Source: Candidatus Microgenomates bacterium (lineage in GTDB: Bacteria; Patescibacteriota; Microgenomatia; UBA8517). Taken from it: DNA of 64,000 nt. The DNA is taken from positions 391,009-455,008 of the forward strand of contig JBEKNE010000001.1 in the NCBI GenBank assembly GCA_049523135.1, in the 5' to 3' direction. Both the position numbers and the translations under genes were made by a program. The notes under the pieces were generated by a model. That model saw nothing but the letters and a program-made list of their open reading frames with translations, did no database searches and was not told where the DNA came from. Shown here one piece after another: positions 40,101 to 49,303 of this stretch (positions within the stretch are counted from its first letter, which is position 1; every line of letters starts with the position of its first letter).

Positions 40101-43100
40101 ATGGCAAGGCTCTATTTCGATCCGGTGGATATGAAAGCGGATTTTCCAGCTTCTGAAAACAAGCTTCTTGGATATTGGGATAAAAAAGGAATTGTTAAAA
40201 AATATCTAAACAGGAATCATAAAAGCAGAAAATATTTTTCTTTTCTTGACGGTCCGATAACAGCAAATAACCCTATGGCAGTTCACCATGCCTGGGGAAG
40301 AACATATAAAGATATTTGGCAAAGGTACAAGAATATGCAAGGTTATCGTCAAAGATTTCAAAACGGGTTTGATTGCCAAGGACTTTGGGTGGAAGTAGAA
40401 GTAGAAAAAGAACTTAAGTTTAAAAATAAAAAAGAAATTGAAACTTTTGGGGTGGAAAAGTTTGTGCAACTTTGCCGCGATAGAGTTAAGAAATATTCCT
40501 CTATACAAACTGAACAAAGTAAAAGGCTTGGATACTTTATGGATTGGGATAACTCCTACTACACACTAAGTGAAGACAATAATTATATGATTTGGCATTT
40601 TTTGAAAGTTTGTTACAACTTAGGCTGGATCTATAAAGGTGCGGATGCGGTTCCTTGGTGTCCCAGATGCGAGACTGCAATTTCCCAGCATGAGATGCTG
40701 ACTGAAGATTATAAAGAAATAACTCATGAAGCCGTCTACCTTGCTTTTCCCGTAGTCGGTCAGAAAGATGAATATCTTCTTGTTTGGACAACGACTCCGT
40801 GGACAGTACCTGCGAATATTGCTGTAGCAATTGATGGTGATCTGGATTATTCGCTGGTAGAAATCGGGAAGAATAAATATTGGGTAGCCAGGGGAGCAAA
40901 AGATAGGATTTTTGCAAGTGTAAAAGCAAAAGAGCTTAAGGTAACAAAAGGATCAAAACTTACAGGTATTAGATATACTGGCGCTTTTGATGATTTACCT
41001 AAGGTTAGGGAAGTCAAAGATAAAAACGATAAGTTTCATACAGTCATAGCAACAGACGATTTGATTCTTCCGATTAATGTTGAAGAGGGAACAGGGCTGG
41101 TGCATATAGCCGTTTCTTCCGGCGCGGAGGATTTTAAATTGGGGCAAAAGTTAGGACTCCCCATGATTACGGTTATAGAGGACGATGCTTCATATTTACC
41201 CAATTTGGGTTTCCTTACGGGAAAAAATGCCAAGAAAAATCCAAAAATAATTTTGGATTATCTTAAGAAGCTGGAGGAAGAAGGAAAACATTTCTTTTAT
41301 AAAACCGAAAATTATACTCACCGCTATCCTGCTTGCTGGAGATGTAAAACTGAACTTGTGTGGAAAGTTACCGATGAGTGGTATATTGCGATGGATAAAC
41401 CCGCCAAGATAGTTAATTCCAAGAACCAAATTACGGAAGAAGACTGGAGTAAAGAAGAGCCTCCCCGCCTGGCCCCCGATACAAGAACTTTAAGAGAGAG
41501 AATGAAAGTTGTTACAGGGAAAATCGATTGGTTGCCCCGCTTTGGACTTGATAGGGAAATGGATTGGTTATCCAATATGCACGATTGGTTAATAAGTAAG
41601 AAAAACAGGTATTGGGGATTGGCTCTTCCCATCTGGGAATGTAAAAAATGCCATAATTTTGAAATAATCGGTTCCAAAGAAGAATTGAAAGAGCGTGCGG
41701 TTGAAGGTTGGAATGATTTTGCAGGTAAGTCACCACATAAGCCACAAATAGATTCGGTTAAGATACGATGTTCCAAGTGCGGTGCAATTGCCTCAAGAAT
41801 TGAACCTGTCGGAAACCCATGGCTTGACGCGGGTATTGTGCCGTTTTCTACAATTAGTGAGAATAACAAAGCTTGTGGCCTTGAGGTTACAAAGACCGAG
41901 CCGTTGTATTTGTCGGATAAAAAGGAATGGCAAAAGTGGTATCCTGCCGACTTTATTACCGAGAGTTTTCCCGGTCAATTTAAAAACTGGTTTTATGCGT
42001 TGATTGCTATGAGTACGGTTCTTGAGGATTCCAATCCTTTTAAAACTGTATTAGGTTTCGGAACTCTAACCGGAGAAGACGGACGACCTATGCATAAAAG
42101 CTGGGGAAATTCGATTGAATTTAATGAAGGTGCGGATACGATAGGGGCAGATGTCATGAGATGGATGTATGCCAGACAAAACCCGGCGGAAAATCTTCCT
42201 TTTGGTTACAGGGTCGCAGATGAAGTAAGAAGAAGGTTCCATTTGAAGCTTTGGAACATTTATAATTTTTTTATTACATATGCGAATTTGGACGGTTGGG
42301 TTCCCGGCTCTTTCCGAAGACCTGCCAAATCGTCATATATTTTGGATAAATGGATATTGGTAAGACTTGACCAAACAGTAGGTTTGGTAACAGGGTACCT
42401 TGATAATTATGATGCGATGTCTGCTTCAGGTGAGATTGAGAAATTTACCGATGACCTTTCCCTTTGGTATGTAAGGCGCTCCCGTGACAGAATCGGACCC
42501 GCTAAAGAAAGCGAAAAAGACAGTAATGCTTTTTATTCAACTACTTACTATGTTCTTTGTACTCTTTGTAAGATAATGGCACCGTTTACTCCATTTATAA
42601 CGGATTTGATGTATACAAATTTAACAAAAGAGGATTCGGTTCATCTTAGTGACTGGCCGCAGTTGGGTAATACAGGTAAAATTCCTTCAACCGATTTTAA
42701 ACTTTTAGAAGAAATGCAGAAGATTAGAGAAATTATTGAAAAAGTTCACGCAAAAAGGAAAGAGTCCGGAATTCCCGTGAGACAACCTCTCAATAGGGTT
42801 AAGGTTTATGGGCAAAGTGTAAAGATCGGCAAAGAAATATTGGGTTTGACACAAGATGAGTTGAATATTAAGATAATTCAACTACTTGGCGGTACAGACC
42901 GGGTTGAACTTGATACAAAGATAACCCCGGAATTGAAAGAAGAAGCGGATGTAAGAGATTTGGTAAGAAAAATTCAAGGTGAAAGAAAAAGATTGGGATT
43001 AAATCTTACTCAGAGAATCAACGTAGTTGTTGAGAATCCTCCAAAAGATAAAGAACTTGTTCAATGGATGCAAAAGAAAGCCCAGATATCTGAATTGAAG

Positions 43101-43133
43101 AAAGGTAAGTTTAAAGTTTCCAAGTCTTCTTAA
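40101..43133 (+). CDS. ileS: Isoleucine--tRNA ligase (type-2-like)
   Basis: 1010-aa class I aaRS. GFDCQGLWVEVEVEK resembles IleRS GWDCHGLPIE. WCPRCETAISQHE. KMSKS-like PMHKSWGN. C-terminal Cys zinc ribbons. Confidence 0.75.
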   Translation: MARLYFDPVDMKADFPASENKLLGYWDKKGIVKKYLNRNHKSRKYFSFLDGPITANNPMAVHHAWGRTYKDIWQRYKNMQGYRQRFQNGFDCQGLWVEVEVEKELKFKNKKEIETFGVEKFVQLCRDRVKKYSSIQTEQSKRLGYFMDWDNSYYTLSEDNNYMIWHFLKVCYNLGWIYKGADAVPWCPRCETAISQHEMLTEDYKEITHEAVYLAFPVVGQKDEYLLVWTTTPWTVPANIAVAIDGDLDYSLVEIGKNKYWVARGAKDRIFASVKAKELKVTKGSKLTGIRYTGAFDDLPKVREVKDKNDKFHTVIATDDLILPINVEEGTGLVHIAVSSGAEDFKLGQKLGLPMITVIEDDASYLPNLGFLTGKNAKKNPKIILDYLKKLEEEGKHFFYKTENYTHRYPACWRCKTELVWKVTDEWYIAMDKPAKIVNSKNQITEEDWSKEEPPRLAPDTRTLRERMKVVTGKIDWLPRFGLDREMDWLSNMHDWLISKKNRYWGLALPIWECKKCHNFEIIGSKEELKERAVEGWNDFAGKSPHKPQIDSVKIRCSKCGAIASRIEPVGNPWLDAGIVPFSTISENNKACGLEVTKTEPLYLSDKKEWQKWYPADFITESFPGQFKNWFYALIAMSTVLEDSNPFKTVLGFGTLTGEDGRPMHKSWGNSIEFNEGADTIGADVMRWMYARQNPAENLPFGYRVADEVRRRFHLKLWNIYNFFITYANLDGWVPGSFRRPAKSSYILDKWILVRLDQTVGLVTGYLDNYDAMSASGEIEKFTDDLSLWYVRRSRDRIGPAKESEKDSNAFYSTTYYVLCTLCKIMAPFTPFITDLMYTNLTKEDSVHLSDWPQLGNTGKIPSTDFKLLEEMQKIREIIEKVHAKRKESGIPVRQPLNRVKVYGQSVKIGKEILGLTQDELNIKIIQLLGGTDRVELDTKITPELKEEADVRDLVRKIQGERKRLGLNLTQRINVVVENPPKDKELVQWMQKKAQISELKKGKFKVSKSS

Positions 43134-43135
43134 AT

Positions 43136-44191
43136 ATGCGCTGGCTATTTGGTGTTTTTCTAAAAGATATTTCGGTTACACTATCTGCATTATTATTAAT
43201 GGTTTTTAGTGTTGTCATTTTGGAATCTTTAGATAAATCTCTTTTTCCTCTCTATTTTATTTATATTTTTACGGCACTGTTGGTTTTTTGGATCTTTTCT
43301 CAAATTGATTTTGAGATAATTTCAGTTTTTTCAAAATATTTTTATATATTAAGCGTTCTTCTTCTTTTTTTGACATTCATAATTGGTAGAGTGACCAGGG
43401 GTACTATTCGTTGGATTCCCATCGGACCTCTCAGTTTGCAGCCTGCTGAAATAGTCAGACCGTTTCTTTTAATATTTTTTGCAAATTTTTTGGGCAGAAG
43501 CGAGGTTAATTTAAAAAAGGTTTCTAAAGCGATTGGACTACTTGCTTTGCCTGTTTTTCTGATTCTGATTCAACCTTCCTTGGGGGTTTCAATTCTTACT
43601 GTTATTGGATTTGTGGGTGTGCTTTTGGCAAGCAAGTTTAATAAAAAATATCTTCTGATGGGTTTACTTGCAATTATCATTCTATCGCCCATTATCTGGA
43701 GACTTTTGGCTCCTTATCAGAGACAGCGTATTTCAAATTTTTTGGATCCGGGAAGTGATCCGCTGGGAGCGGGCTATAACAGTTTGCAATCAACGATTGC
43801 AACAGGTTCCGGAAAGTTTTTCGGTACAGGTCTTGGAAAGGGTATACAAACACAGTTGGCATTCTTGCCTGAAAAACAAACAGATTTTATTTTTGCCGCA
43901 ACGGCTGAAGAGCTGGGTTTTGTGGGGGCCGCAATAGTTCTTTTGGCCAGTTTTTTAATTCTTTTCAGATTGACGTTCTTTATGGAAAATGCCGTTTCTC
44001 CCGCCGCCCGTGCTTATATTTCAGGCTTTTTCCTTGTTTATCTTGTTCAAATCTTTGTGCATGTCGGAATGAATATGGGGATGCTGCCGATTACGGGTCT
44101 TCCTTTCCCCCTTTTTTCAGCCGGAGGTTCTTCGCTTCTGGCGACAATGATGGGATTGGGGATTGCTTTAGGAGCCTATAACAAATCGTAG
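43136..44191 (+). CDS. rodA: SEDS-family protein (RodA/FtsW paralogue)
   Basis: FLPEKQTDFIFAATAEELGFVGA SEDS core. Confidence 0.7.
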   Translation: MRWLFGVFLKDISVTLSALLLMVFSVVILESLDKSLFPLYFIYIFTALLVFWIFSQIDFEIISVFSKYFYILSVLLLFLTFIIGRVTRGTIRWIPIGPLSLQPAEIVRPFLLIFFANFLGRSEVNLKKVSKAIGLLALPVFLILIQPSLGVSILTVIGFVGVLLASKFNKKYLLMGLLAIIILSPIIWRLLAPYQRQRISNFLDPGSDPLGAGYNSLQSTIATGSGKFFGTGLGKGIQTQLAFLPEKQTDFIFAATAEELGFVGAAIVLLASFLILFRLTFFMENAVSPAARAYISGFFLVYLVQIFVHVGMNMGMLPITGLPFPLFSAGGSSLLATMMGLGIALGAYNKS

Positions 44192-44224
44192 GATTTGTTG
44201 AGGTTCATAAAAAACAAACATAGC

Positions 44225-44253
44225 TTGCCACACATCTACGCTCGTGGTAAAAT
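44225..44253 (+). promoter_or_regulatory. TTGCCA-17-(TGg)TAAAAT promoter ending 7 nt before the rplU ATG
   Basis: TTGCCA at 44225-44230, extended -10 TGgTAAAAT at 44245-44253, ATG at 44261. Confidence 0.5.
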
Positions 44254-44260
44254 ATGGCCT

Positions 44261-44566
44261 ATGAAATACGCAGTAATCAGAGTTGGCGGAAGGCAATATA
44301 AAGTTGAAGAGGGGCAGGAGATTCTTATCGATAAACTTCAAGATCCAAAGAAGGTTGATGTCGAAGTTTTGCTTCTGGCTGGTGGAGATAAAGTATCCGT
44401 CGGCAAACCTGTTCTCAAAAATGCTGAAGTTAAATTAAAGGTTTTGGCCGATACGGAAAAAGGAGAAAAGATTGATGTCTATCATTTCAAGGCCAAATCA
44501 CGTTATAAAAAACATACAGGTTTCAGGCCCCAATATACCCGTGTCTTGGTTGAGAAGATCAGCTAA
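44261..44566 (+). CDS. rplU: 50S ribosomal protein L21
   Basis: MKYAVIRVGGRQYKVEEGQ. Internal ATG at 44261 chosen. Confidence 0.85.
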   Translation: MKYAVIRVGGRQYKVEEGQEILIDKLQDPKKVDVEVLLLAGGDKVSVGKPVLKNAEVKLKVLADTEKGEKIDVYHFKAKSRYKKHTGFRPQYTRVLVEKIS

Positions 44567-44573
44567 AATATTA

Positions 44574-45026
44574 TCAAAATATTGTGAGATATTCACGAAG
44601 TCCGTCATCTACAGTGGTATAAACCATTTCGTCAGGTTTTATAAAAAGTGTCCTTTGTGAAGTAGCCAGTTTTATAGCTTCATCAAATAATCTAATAAAT
44701 TTTCTATCAATCCGATTGGCTGATAAAAATCCTCCCTTATTTTCCAGTTCGGCTCTAAAATCTATATTTATAGGATTGGTTGCCACCCTCTTTGCAATAT
44801 CTAACCTTGTTTCTCTTTGCAATATCCCTTCGGTGATTAAATTATCAACAATTGAGAAATTAGCCCGTCTCCTTCTTAGTAGGGTCTCTGTACATCCCAA
44901 TATTCCGCTTGATGCGATAGTGATACAAACATCAAATTCTTCTTCGGTTAATGTATTGACAACCCACCAGGGATTCATTTCAGCACCGTCGGAGAATCTG
45001 AATCTTTCCACGTATTCTGGGTTCAT
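44574..45026 (-). CDS. Hypothetical 150-aa protein on the opposite strand between rplU and rpmA
   Basis: Has its own consensus extended -10 (TGcTATAAT on the minus strand at 45042-45034) 7 nt upstream of its ATG. No recognisable family. Confidence 0.4.
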   Translation of the reverse strand: MNPEYVERFRFSDGAEMNPWWVVNTLTEEEFDVCITIASSGILGCTETLLRRRRANFSIVDNLITEGILQRETRLDIAKRVATNPINIDFRAELENKGGFLSANRIDRKFIRLFDEAIKLATSQRTLFIKPDEMVYTTVDDGLREYLTIF

Positions 45027-45033
45027 ATTCGAG

Positions 45034-45042
45034 ATTATAGCA
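45034..45042 (-). promoter_or_regulatory. Extended -10 TGcTATAAT for the 44574-45026 gene (leaderless-type)
   Basis: Minus strand reads ttattGcTATAATctcgaatATG. Confidence 0.45.
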
Positions 45043-45094
45043 ATAATTTTGAATTTAGAAAGGTTAATATATCAAACTATAAACTTCTGACCTC

Positions 45095-45123
45095 TTGACA
45101 GCTGTGAAAATATACATTATATT
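45095..45123 (+). promoter_or_regulatory. TTGACA-17-TATATT promoter, 11 nt before the rpmA ATG
   Basis: TTGACA at 45095-45100, TATATT at 45118-45123. Confidence 0.5.
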
Positions 45124-45134
45124 GTGCGAAGGAT

Positions 45135-45386
45135 ATGTCAACACATAAAGCAGGAGGAAAAGCTTCACAACATGTTAGTCCAGCAGGGAAAAGATTAGGT
45201 ATTAAGTTGTCTGATGGACAAAAGGTTTCTCCCGGAATGATAATAACACGCCAAAGGGGAACAAAAGTTAGTTTAGGAAAAGGTGTTGCAGCGGGGCGTG
45301 ATCATACAATTTATGCTATTGCTAAGGGAATTGTTAAATTTGGAACAAGAAAAGGAAAGAAAATTGTTTCGGTAGTTTTAAAATAA
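45135..45386 (+). CDS. rpmA: 50S ribosomal protein L27 (no Prp-cleaved N-extension)
   Basis: MSTHKAGGKASQHVSPAGKRLGIK... Confidence 0.85.
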   Translation: MSTHKAGGKASQHVSPAGKRLGIKLSDGQKVSPGMIITRQRGTKVSLGKGVAAGRDHTIYAIAKGIVKFGTRKGKKIVSVVLK

Positions 45387-45387
45387 A

Positions 45388-46227
45388 ATGGCAGAAGAAG
45401 TTATACAACTAGATATTAATGAACTCCAACCGAATCCTTTGCAACCTCGTGGTGCAATTACTCCTGAAAGCTTGGTAGATTTAGTTGATTCAATTCGTGA
45501 ACACGGGATTCTGGAGCCCTTGGTTGTTGCCAAAACCCCCGCAGGATATCAAATAATTGCAGGGGAGCGTCGCTGGAGGGCTTCAAAGTTGGCAGGATTA
45601 ACGCATGTCCCCGCAATCATTAGAGAAACTTCACCTAAGGGTATGTTGGAGATGGCTTTGGTTGAAAATGTCCAAAGGGTCGATCTTAATCCTCTTGACC
45701 GTGCTAAAGGCTTTGAGAGGCTTATGAATGAGTTTGGATTAACTACGAGTGAGATTGCGGTACGGATAGGTAAAAGCGTTGCCTATGTAAGCAATTCCTT
45801 AAGACTTTTGTCTCTTCCCGATGCGCTTAAAGACGGACTTCTCTCCGGACTTATCTCTGAAGGCCACGCAAGAGCCCTTGCCGCAATTGACGACAGTAAT
45901 TTAATGATTGAGGCTTACAAAATAATTTTGAGGGAAAGTGGTTCAGTAAGGCGCGCGGAGGAACTTGCCAGGAGAATGAAAGTCAAGTCTCAGCAAGACA
46001 CGCGTGCTCCGGATAAACATGTCAGAATTGTTTCTGAGGAAATTGATAGAATGCAGGAGGATTTACAGAAAGCCTTGCAAGATTCTACTCAAACTGACGG
46101 AATAAGAAATAATTCCGTAAAACTAATCAGGTCCCGCAGAGAAACAAGAGTAGTCTTTATTCTTAAAGGCGGATTGGAAGAAACCGACGGAACGCTTCAA
46201 AAGATCTACAAAGCGATTACTGCTTAA
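45388..46227 (+). CDS. parB: ParB/Spo0J-family partition protein (no adjacent parA)
   Basis: ParB box GERRWRA, HTH, LQPNPLQPR N-terminus. Confidence 0.75.
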   Translation: MAEEVIQLDINELQPNPLQPRGAITPESLVDLVDSIREHGILEPLVVAKTPAGYQIIAGERRWRASKLAGLTHVPAIIRETSPKGMLEMALVENVQRVDLNPLDRAKGFERLMNEFGLTTSEIAVRIGKSVAYVSNSLRLLSLPDALKDGLLSGLISEGHARALAAIDDSNLMIEAYKIILRESGSVRRAEELARRMKVKSQQDTRAPDKHVRIVSEEIDRMQEDLQKALQDSTQTDGIRNNSVKLIRSRRETRVVFILKGGLEETDGTLQKIYKAITA

Positions 46228-46811
46228 TAAGTGTAACTTGGATTGTGTACGACTCCTGCGAGATTTGGCGGCCAATAGGTAATCCACACTTTGCCATTTA
46301 TACCTTGGCTACTACTAGCAGGAGACAAATTCAGAGGAACGGGACCCCAATATCTTGAATCGGATGAGTTTGGACGATTATCTCCCATCAAAAAGTATTC
46401 ATCCTCAGGAACCGTGAAATCGGTATCCTCGGAAAGAAAAGTACCGCCGCCCGTGTAAACATTACTTGCTATATAAGGTTCATCTAGAATTTTTCCATTA
46501 ATGTAAACATGACCGCCGGATACCCTTATTGTTTCTCCTGGGAGTCCTATTATTCTTTTAATAAATTCGTCGTTTTGGGATACTGACGGTGGGGGAACTA
46601 AGACCACAACATCTCCGCGTTGGGGTTTATTGAGATAATAGGATACCTTTTGTGTAAGCAAATATTCAGAATCTTGATAATTCGGCATCATAGACTGTCC
46701 GCTGATTTTGTGCGGACGCATTATAAGTAGATAAATGAAGAAAAAGACACCAACTGCGAATACAATAACCTCAAATATATCCAAAAAGAAGGTACCTAAG
46801 CGCTTAAACAT
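46224..46811 (-). CDS. lepB: Signal peptidase I
   Basis: GQSMMP (Ser box), GDVVVL, GDNRPNSSDSRYWG (box E). Minus-strand TATAAT at 46822-46817, 5 nt before the ATG. Confidence 0.8.
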   Translation of the reverse strand: MFKRLGTFFLDIFEVIVFAVGVFFFIYLLIMRPHKISGQSMMPNYQDSEYLLTQKVSYYLNKPQRGDVVVLVPPPSVSQNDEFIKRIIGLPGETIRVSGGHVYINGKILDEPYIASNVYTGGGTFLSEDTDFTVPEDEYFLMGDNRPNSSDSRYWGPVPLNLSPASSSQGINGKVWITYWPPNLAGVVHNPSYTY

Positions 46812-46856
46812 AATTCATTATATTGATTTGACATTAATCTGCACAAGAGGATAAAT

Positions 46857-46985
46857 TTAAGGCTTAATAATAGTCTGCTCGAGCTTAGGACCGACAGAAA
46901 TATACTTAACCGGAATACCGGTAAATTTTTCAATGAATTCAATATAGCTTCTGCAATTTTTGGATTGATTTATACTATCTGCCAT
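46857..46985 (-). pseudogene. purA: Relic of adenylosuccinate synthetase (purA): C-terminal 42 codons only
   Basis: Minus-strand ORF MADSINQSKNCRSYIEFIEKFTGIPVKYISVGPKLEQTIIKP. The ...YIEFIE..GIPV..ISVGP...TII motif matches the PurA C-terminus. Begins 1 nt after the guaB-like stop. Confidence 0.5.
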
Positions 46986-46986
46986 T

Positions 46987-48021
46987 TTATGTAACTATTA
47001 CATCATGTGCTCCATTTTCCTTTATTCCTAAAGGACTGATTTTGATAAATTTGGCTTTTTCCCAGAGCTCGTGTATGTTTTTTGCACCACAATAGGAAAA
47101 ACCCGAGCGCACATTTTCCAAAACCAAATCTATATATGGTTTAAGATCCCCTTTATAAGGAACAAAACTTGCCACTCCTTCAATATGATTGACAATGTTT
47201 GGCGATTGTCTTGATTTTTCGATTAAAGAAGTTGATCCGTTGTATTCTTTATATTTTTTGCCGTTTTTAATAATTATTTTCCCGGCAGTTTCTTTAAGAC
47301 CTGCAAAAAGATGACCTGTCATAATTGCCGAGGCACCTGCAGCCAGGGCTTTGACAATATCGCCGGAGTTTTTCATTCCTCCGTCACAGATTAAGGTTCT
47401 ATTATATTTTCTGGCAGCTTTGACACAATCCAAAACGGCAGATATTTGAGGAACGCCGCAACCCGTTTCTGTTCTGGTAATACAAGTCGACCCCGGTCCA
47501 ATTCCTACCTTTACACAATCAGCTCCGGCTTTAAACAAGTCATTAGCACCTTCATAAGTGGCAACATTACCGGAAACAATGTCCACTTTACTCCCGAATA
47601 ATTGTTTTAATTTTTTGGTTGTTTCTATAGTTTGTAACATGTGGCCATGAGCGACATCTAAAACCAAAAGGTCGGCTCCTGCAGAAACTAAATTTTTTGC
47701 TCGTTCAAATCCATCTTCTTTTACACCCACAGCAGCTCCTACTAGTACTTTTTCTTTTTTTACTTCATTAACCATATTTGTTTCAGATTCAACGGACATA
47801 AAACGTGGTAAAATTCCTAAACCCCCGAGTTTTCCTAAGGAAATTGCGAATTTAACATCGGTAATACTACTCATATTGGAACTGATTAACGGTATGATAA
47901 GTTTTATGTGAGGAGTGATTTGACTTGAAAGATCTACATCGGATCTGCTTTTAATTTCTGAATATTGGGGGATAAGGAGGACGTCATCGTAAGAAAGACC
48001 TAGGGGAAAATTCTGATTCAT
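46987..48021 (-). CDS. IMP dehydrogenase/GMP reductase family protein (no CBS pair)
   Basis: 344 aa. DVAHGH and [20 protein letters not shown] catalytic loop. Confidence 0.75.
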   Translation of the reverse strand: MNQNFPLGLSYDDVLLIPQYSEIKSRSDVDLSSQITPHIKLIIPLISSNMSSITDVKFAISLGKLGGLGILPRFMSVESETNMVNEVKKEKVLVGAAVGVKEDGFERAKNLVSAGADLLVLDVAHGHMLQTIETTKKLKQLFGSKVDIVSGNVATYEGANDLFKAGADCVKVGIGPGSTCITRTETGCGVPQISAVLDCVKAARKYNRTLICDGGMKNSGDIVKALAAGASAIMTGHLFAGLKETAGKIIIKNGKKYKEYNGSTSLIEKSRQSPNIVNHIEGVASFVPYKGDLKPYIDLVLENVRSGFSYCGAKNIHELWEKAKFIKISPLGIKENGAHDVIVT

Positions 48022-48026
48022 ACTTT

Positions 48027-48046
48027 GTAATGATATGAATCATTAC
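48027..48046 (+). promoter_or_regulatory. Perfect 8-4-8 inverted repeat (GTAATGAT-atga-ATCATTAC) overlapping the putative guaB-like -10 (TATCAT)
   Basis: Lies 6-25 nt upstream of the minus-strand start codon at 48021. Confidence 0.3.
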
Positions 48047-48092
48047 GTCTAACTTTAGAGAAAGTGGATTTTCCTGTCAATAGCCTATTTTA

Positions 48093-48101
48093 TGGTAAAA
48101 T
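48093..48101 (+). promoter_or_regulatory. Extended -10 TGgTAAAAT for tRNA-Val
   Basis: taTGgTAAAATtagttgttgg precedes the tRNA 5' end at 48116. Confidence 0.4.
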
Positions 48102-48115
48102 TAGTTGTTGGGTGA

Positions 48116-48189
48116 GGTCGCGTAGCTCAGTCGGTTAGAGCGTTGCATTCACATTGCAAAGGTCCCTGGTTCGAGTCCAGGCGCGACCA
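48116..48189 (+). tRNA. tRNA-Val (anticodon CAC)
   Basis: Hand-folded cloverleaf. 7-bp acceptor stem (ggtcgcg/cgcgacc), D-arm gctc/gagc, anticodon stem ttgca/tgcaa with loop ttCACat, T-arm cctgg-ttcgagt-ccagg, discriminator A. No encoded CCA. Confidence 0.85.
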
Positions 48190-48190
48190 C

Positions 48191-48856
48191 ATGAGAAAAT
48201 ATATTTTCTTTACTATTTGGATCATTTTGCTTGTTTTGGTCCCTTTAACTATTTTCCAAACTACACCTCTCGCTGCGGTTACAAAATATCCGGTAACTTT
48301 GATGAATTTCCTGCAAAGATTTGCCGGACTTATCGCCTATATACTTCTTTTCGAACAGATTGTAATGGGGGCATTTTTGCCGAGATTGATTGATAAATTC
48401 GGAGAGTGGATTTTTAATTTCCATATACTTCAGGGAAAACTTGTTTATCTGCTAGTACTTGCACATCCAGTCTTTTTTATGTTTTTTAATCACTTTGCCG
48501 GAGCAGGATGGAACCCCTACGCGGTTTTTATTAATGCCTGCCTGCTTTGCGATACACAAATAGGATATTATTACACTTTGGGAATGATTTCTTTCTGGCT
48601 TTTGACCGTTACGGTTTTTGCTGTAGTTTTTCAAAATACTTCTCCTTGGTTAAGAAAAAATTGGAAGAAAATGCATGTAGTTAACTATATTGTATTTTTG
48701 TTGGTGGGACTGCACGGATTTTTACTGGGAATTGATTTCAAAGTCCAGCCTTTTTATACTTTTGCCGTTTTGGCTTATGTAGTGATATTGGGAATTGTGG
48801 TTTTTATCGAAATACCAAGACTCTACAAAGCCTGCATTAAGTGGCTTAACTCCTGA
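48191..48856 (+). CDS. Ferric-reductase-like transmembrane domain protein (MsrQ/YedZ-like heme-binding membrane protein)
   Basis: 6 TM helices with conserved His (FHILQGKLVYLLVLAHPVFF). ATG at 48191, 2 nt after the tRNA. Confidence 0.4.
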   Translation: MRKYIFFTIWIILLVLVPLTIFQTTPLAAVTKYPVTLMNFLQRFAGLIAYILLFEQIVMGAFLPRLIDKFGEWIFNFHILQGKLVYLLVLAHPVFFMFFNHFAGAGWNPYAVFINACLLCDTQIGYYYTLGMISFWLLTVTVFAVVFQNTSPWLRKNWKKMHVVNYIVFLLVGLHGFLLGIDFKVQPFYTFAVLAYVVILGIVVFIEIPRLYKACIKWLNS

Positions 48857-48929
48857 TGTTTATTTCTTCCAAAACTTTGGTTAGTTAATACGTTTGTCAA
48901 CTACAAATTATTTAAGAGTGAGGCAAAGA

Positions 48930-48943
48930 TTTCACGCGTGAAA
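48930..48943. promoter_or_regulatory. 14-bp perfect palindrome TTTCACGCGTGAAA
   Basis: Seen directly. Lies in the 450-bp intergenic region. Confidence 0.3.
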
Positions 48944-48974
48944 GATGTAATAGTAGAGTGGGGGATATTAATTT

Positions 48975-49007
48975 CAATTTCCAATTTTTAATTAGCAATT
49001 TTCAATT
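48975..49007. repeat. Two copies of CAATTTYCAATT, 21 bp apart (four CAATT pentamers)
   Basis: CAATT at 48975, 48982, 48996 and 49003. Confidence 0.35.
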
Positions 49008-49297
49008 ATGAAAGGGAGGTATGTAATCAAAAATATTGGTCTTTCACAGAAAGGTATTATGTCGCACAATATTAAAGGTTTATTAATTCTATTTGGATAC
49101 CTTACGGGTCTTATTTTTTGGTTTTATCTTTAAAATATCCTGTGTCACTCCCCGCTTTAATAATTTAAATTTTTTACATATTTAACTTAGGTTTACTGAA
49201 AAGTTTTTTCGGAGTTTGGGGACTACCGGATATTTCTTTAGGGTCCCATTCTATAAGTATCTTCAGACCCCGCTGTAATTGCTTGCTTCATTTCAGG

Positions 49298-49303
49298 TAT
49301 AAT
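49298..49303 (+). promoter_or_regulatory. TATAAT 6 nt upstream of the wzx ATG (49310)
   Basis: caggTATAATtggctaATG. TTGCTT at 49279-49284 as a weak -35 (13-nt spacer, suboptimal). Confidence 0.35.

Noticed and set aside
48975-49007. Possible CRISPR-like or DnaA-box array
   Set aside because: The repeats are 5-12 bp AT-rich units with irregular 7/14-bp spacing and no spacer-like unique segments. They do not match the DnaA box consensus. Kept only as a regulatory repeat.
49011-49026. Strong SD-like AAGGGAGGT immediately followed by ATG-TAA (a 'start-stop' mini-ORF) at 49021-49026
   Set aside because: Only 1 nt separates GGAGG from the ATG, which is too short for SD-directed initiation. The motif also lies inside the 41-codon ORF starting at 49008. 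Treated as coincidental.
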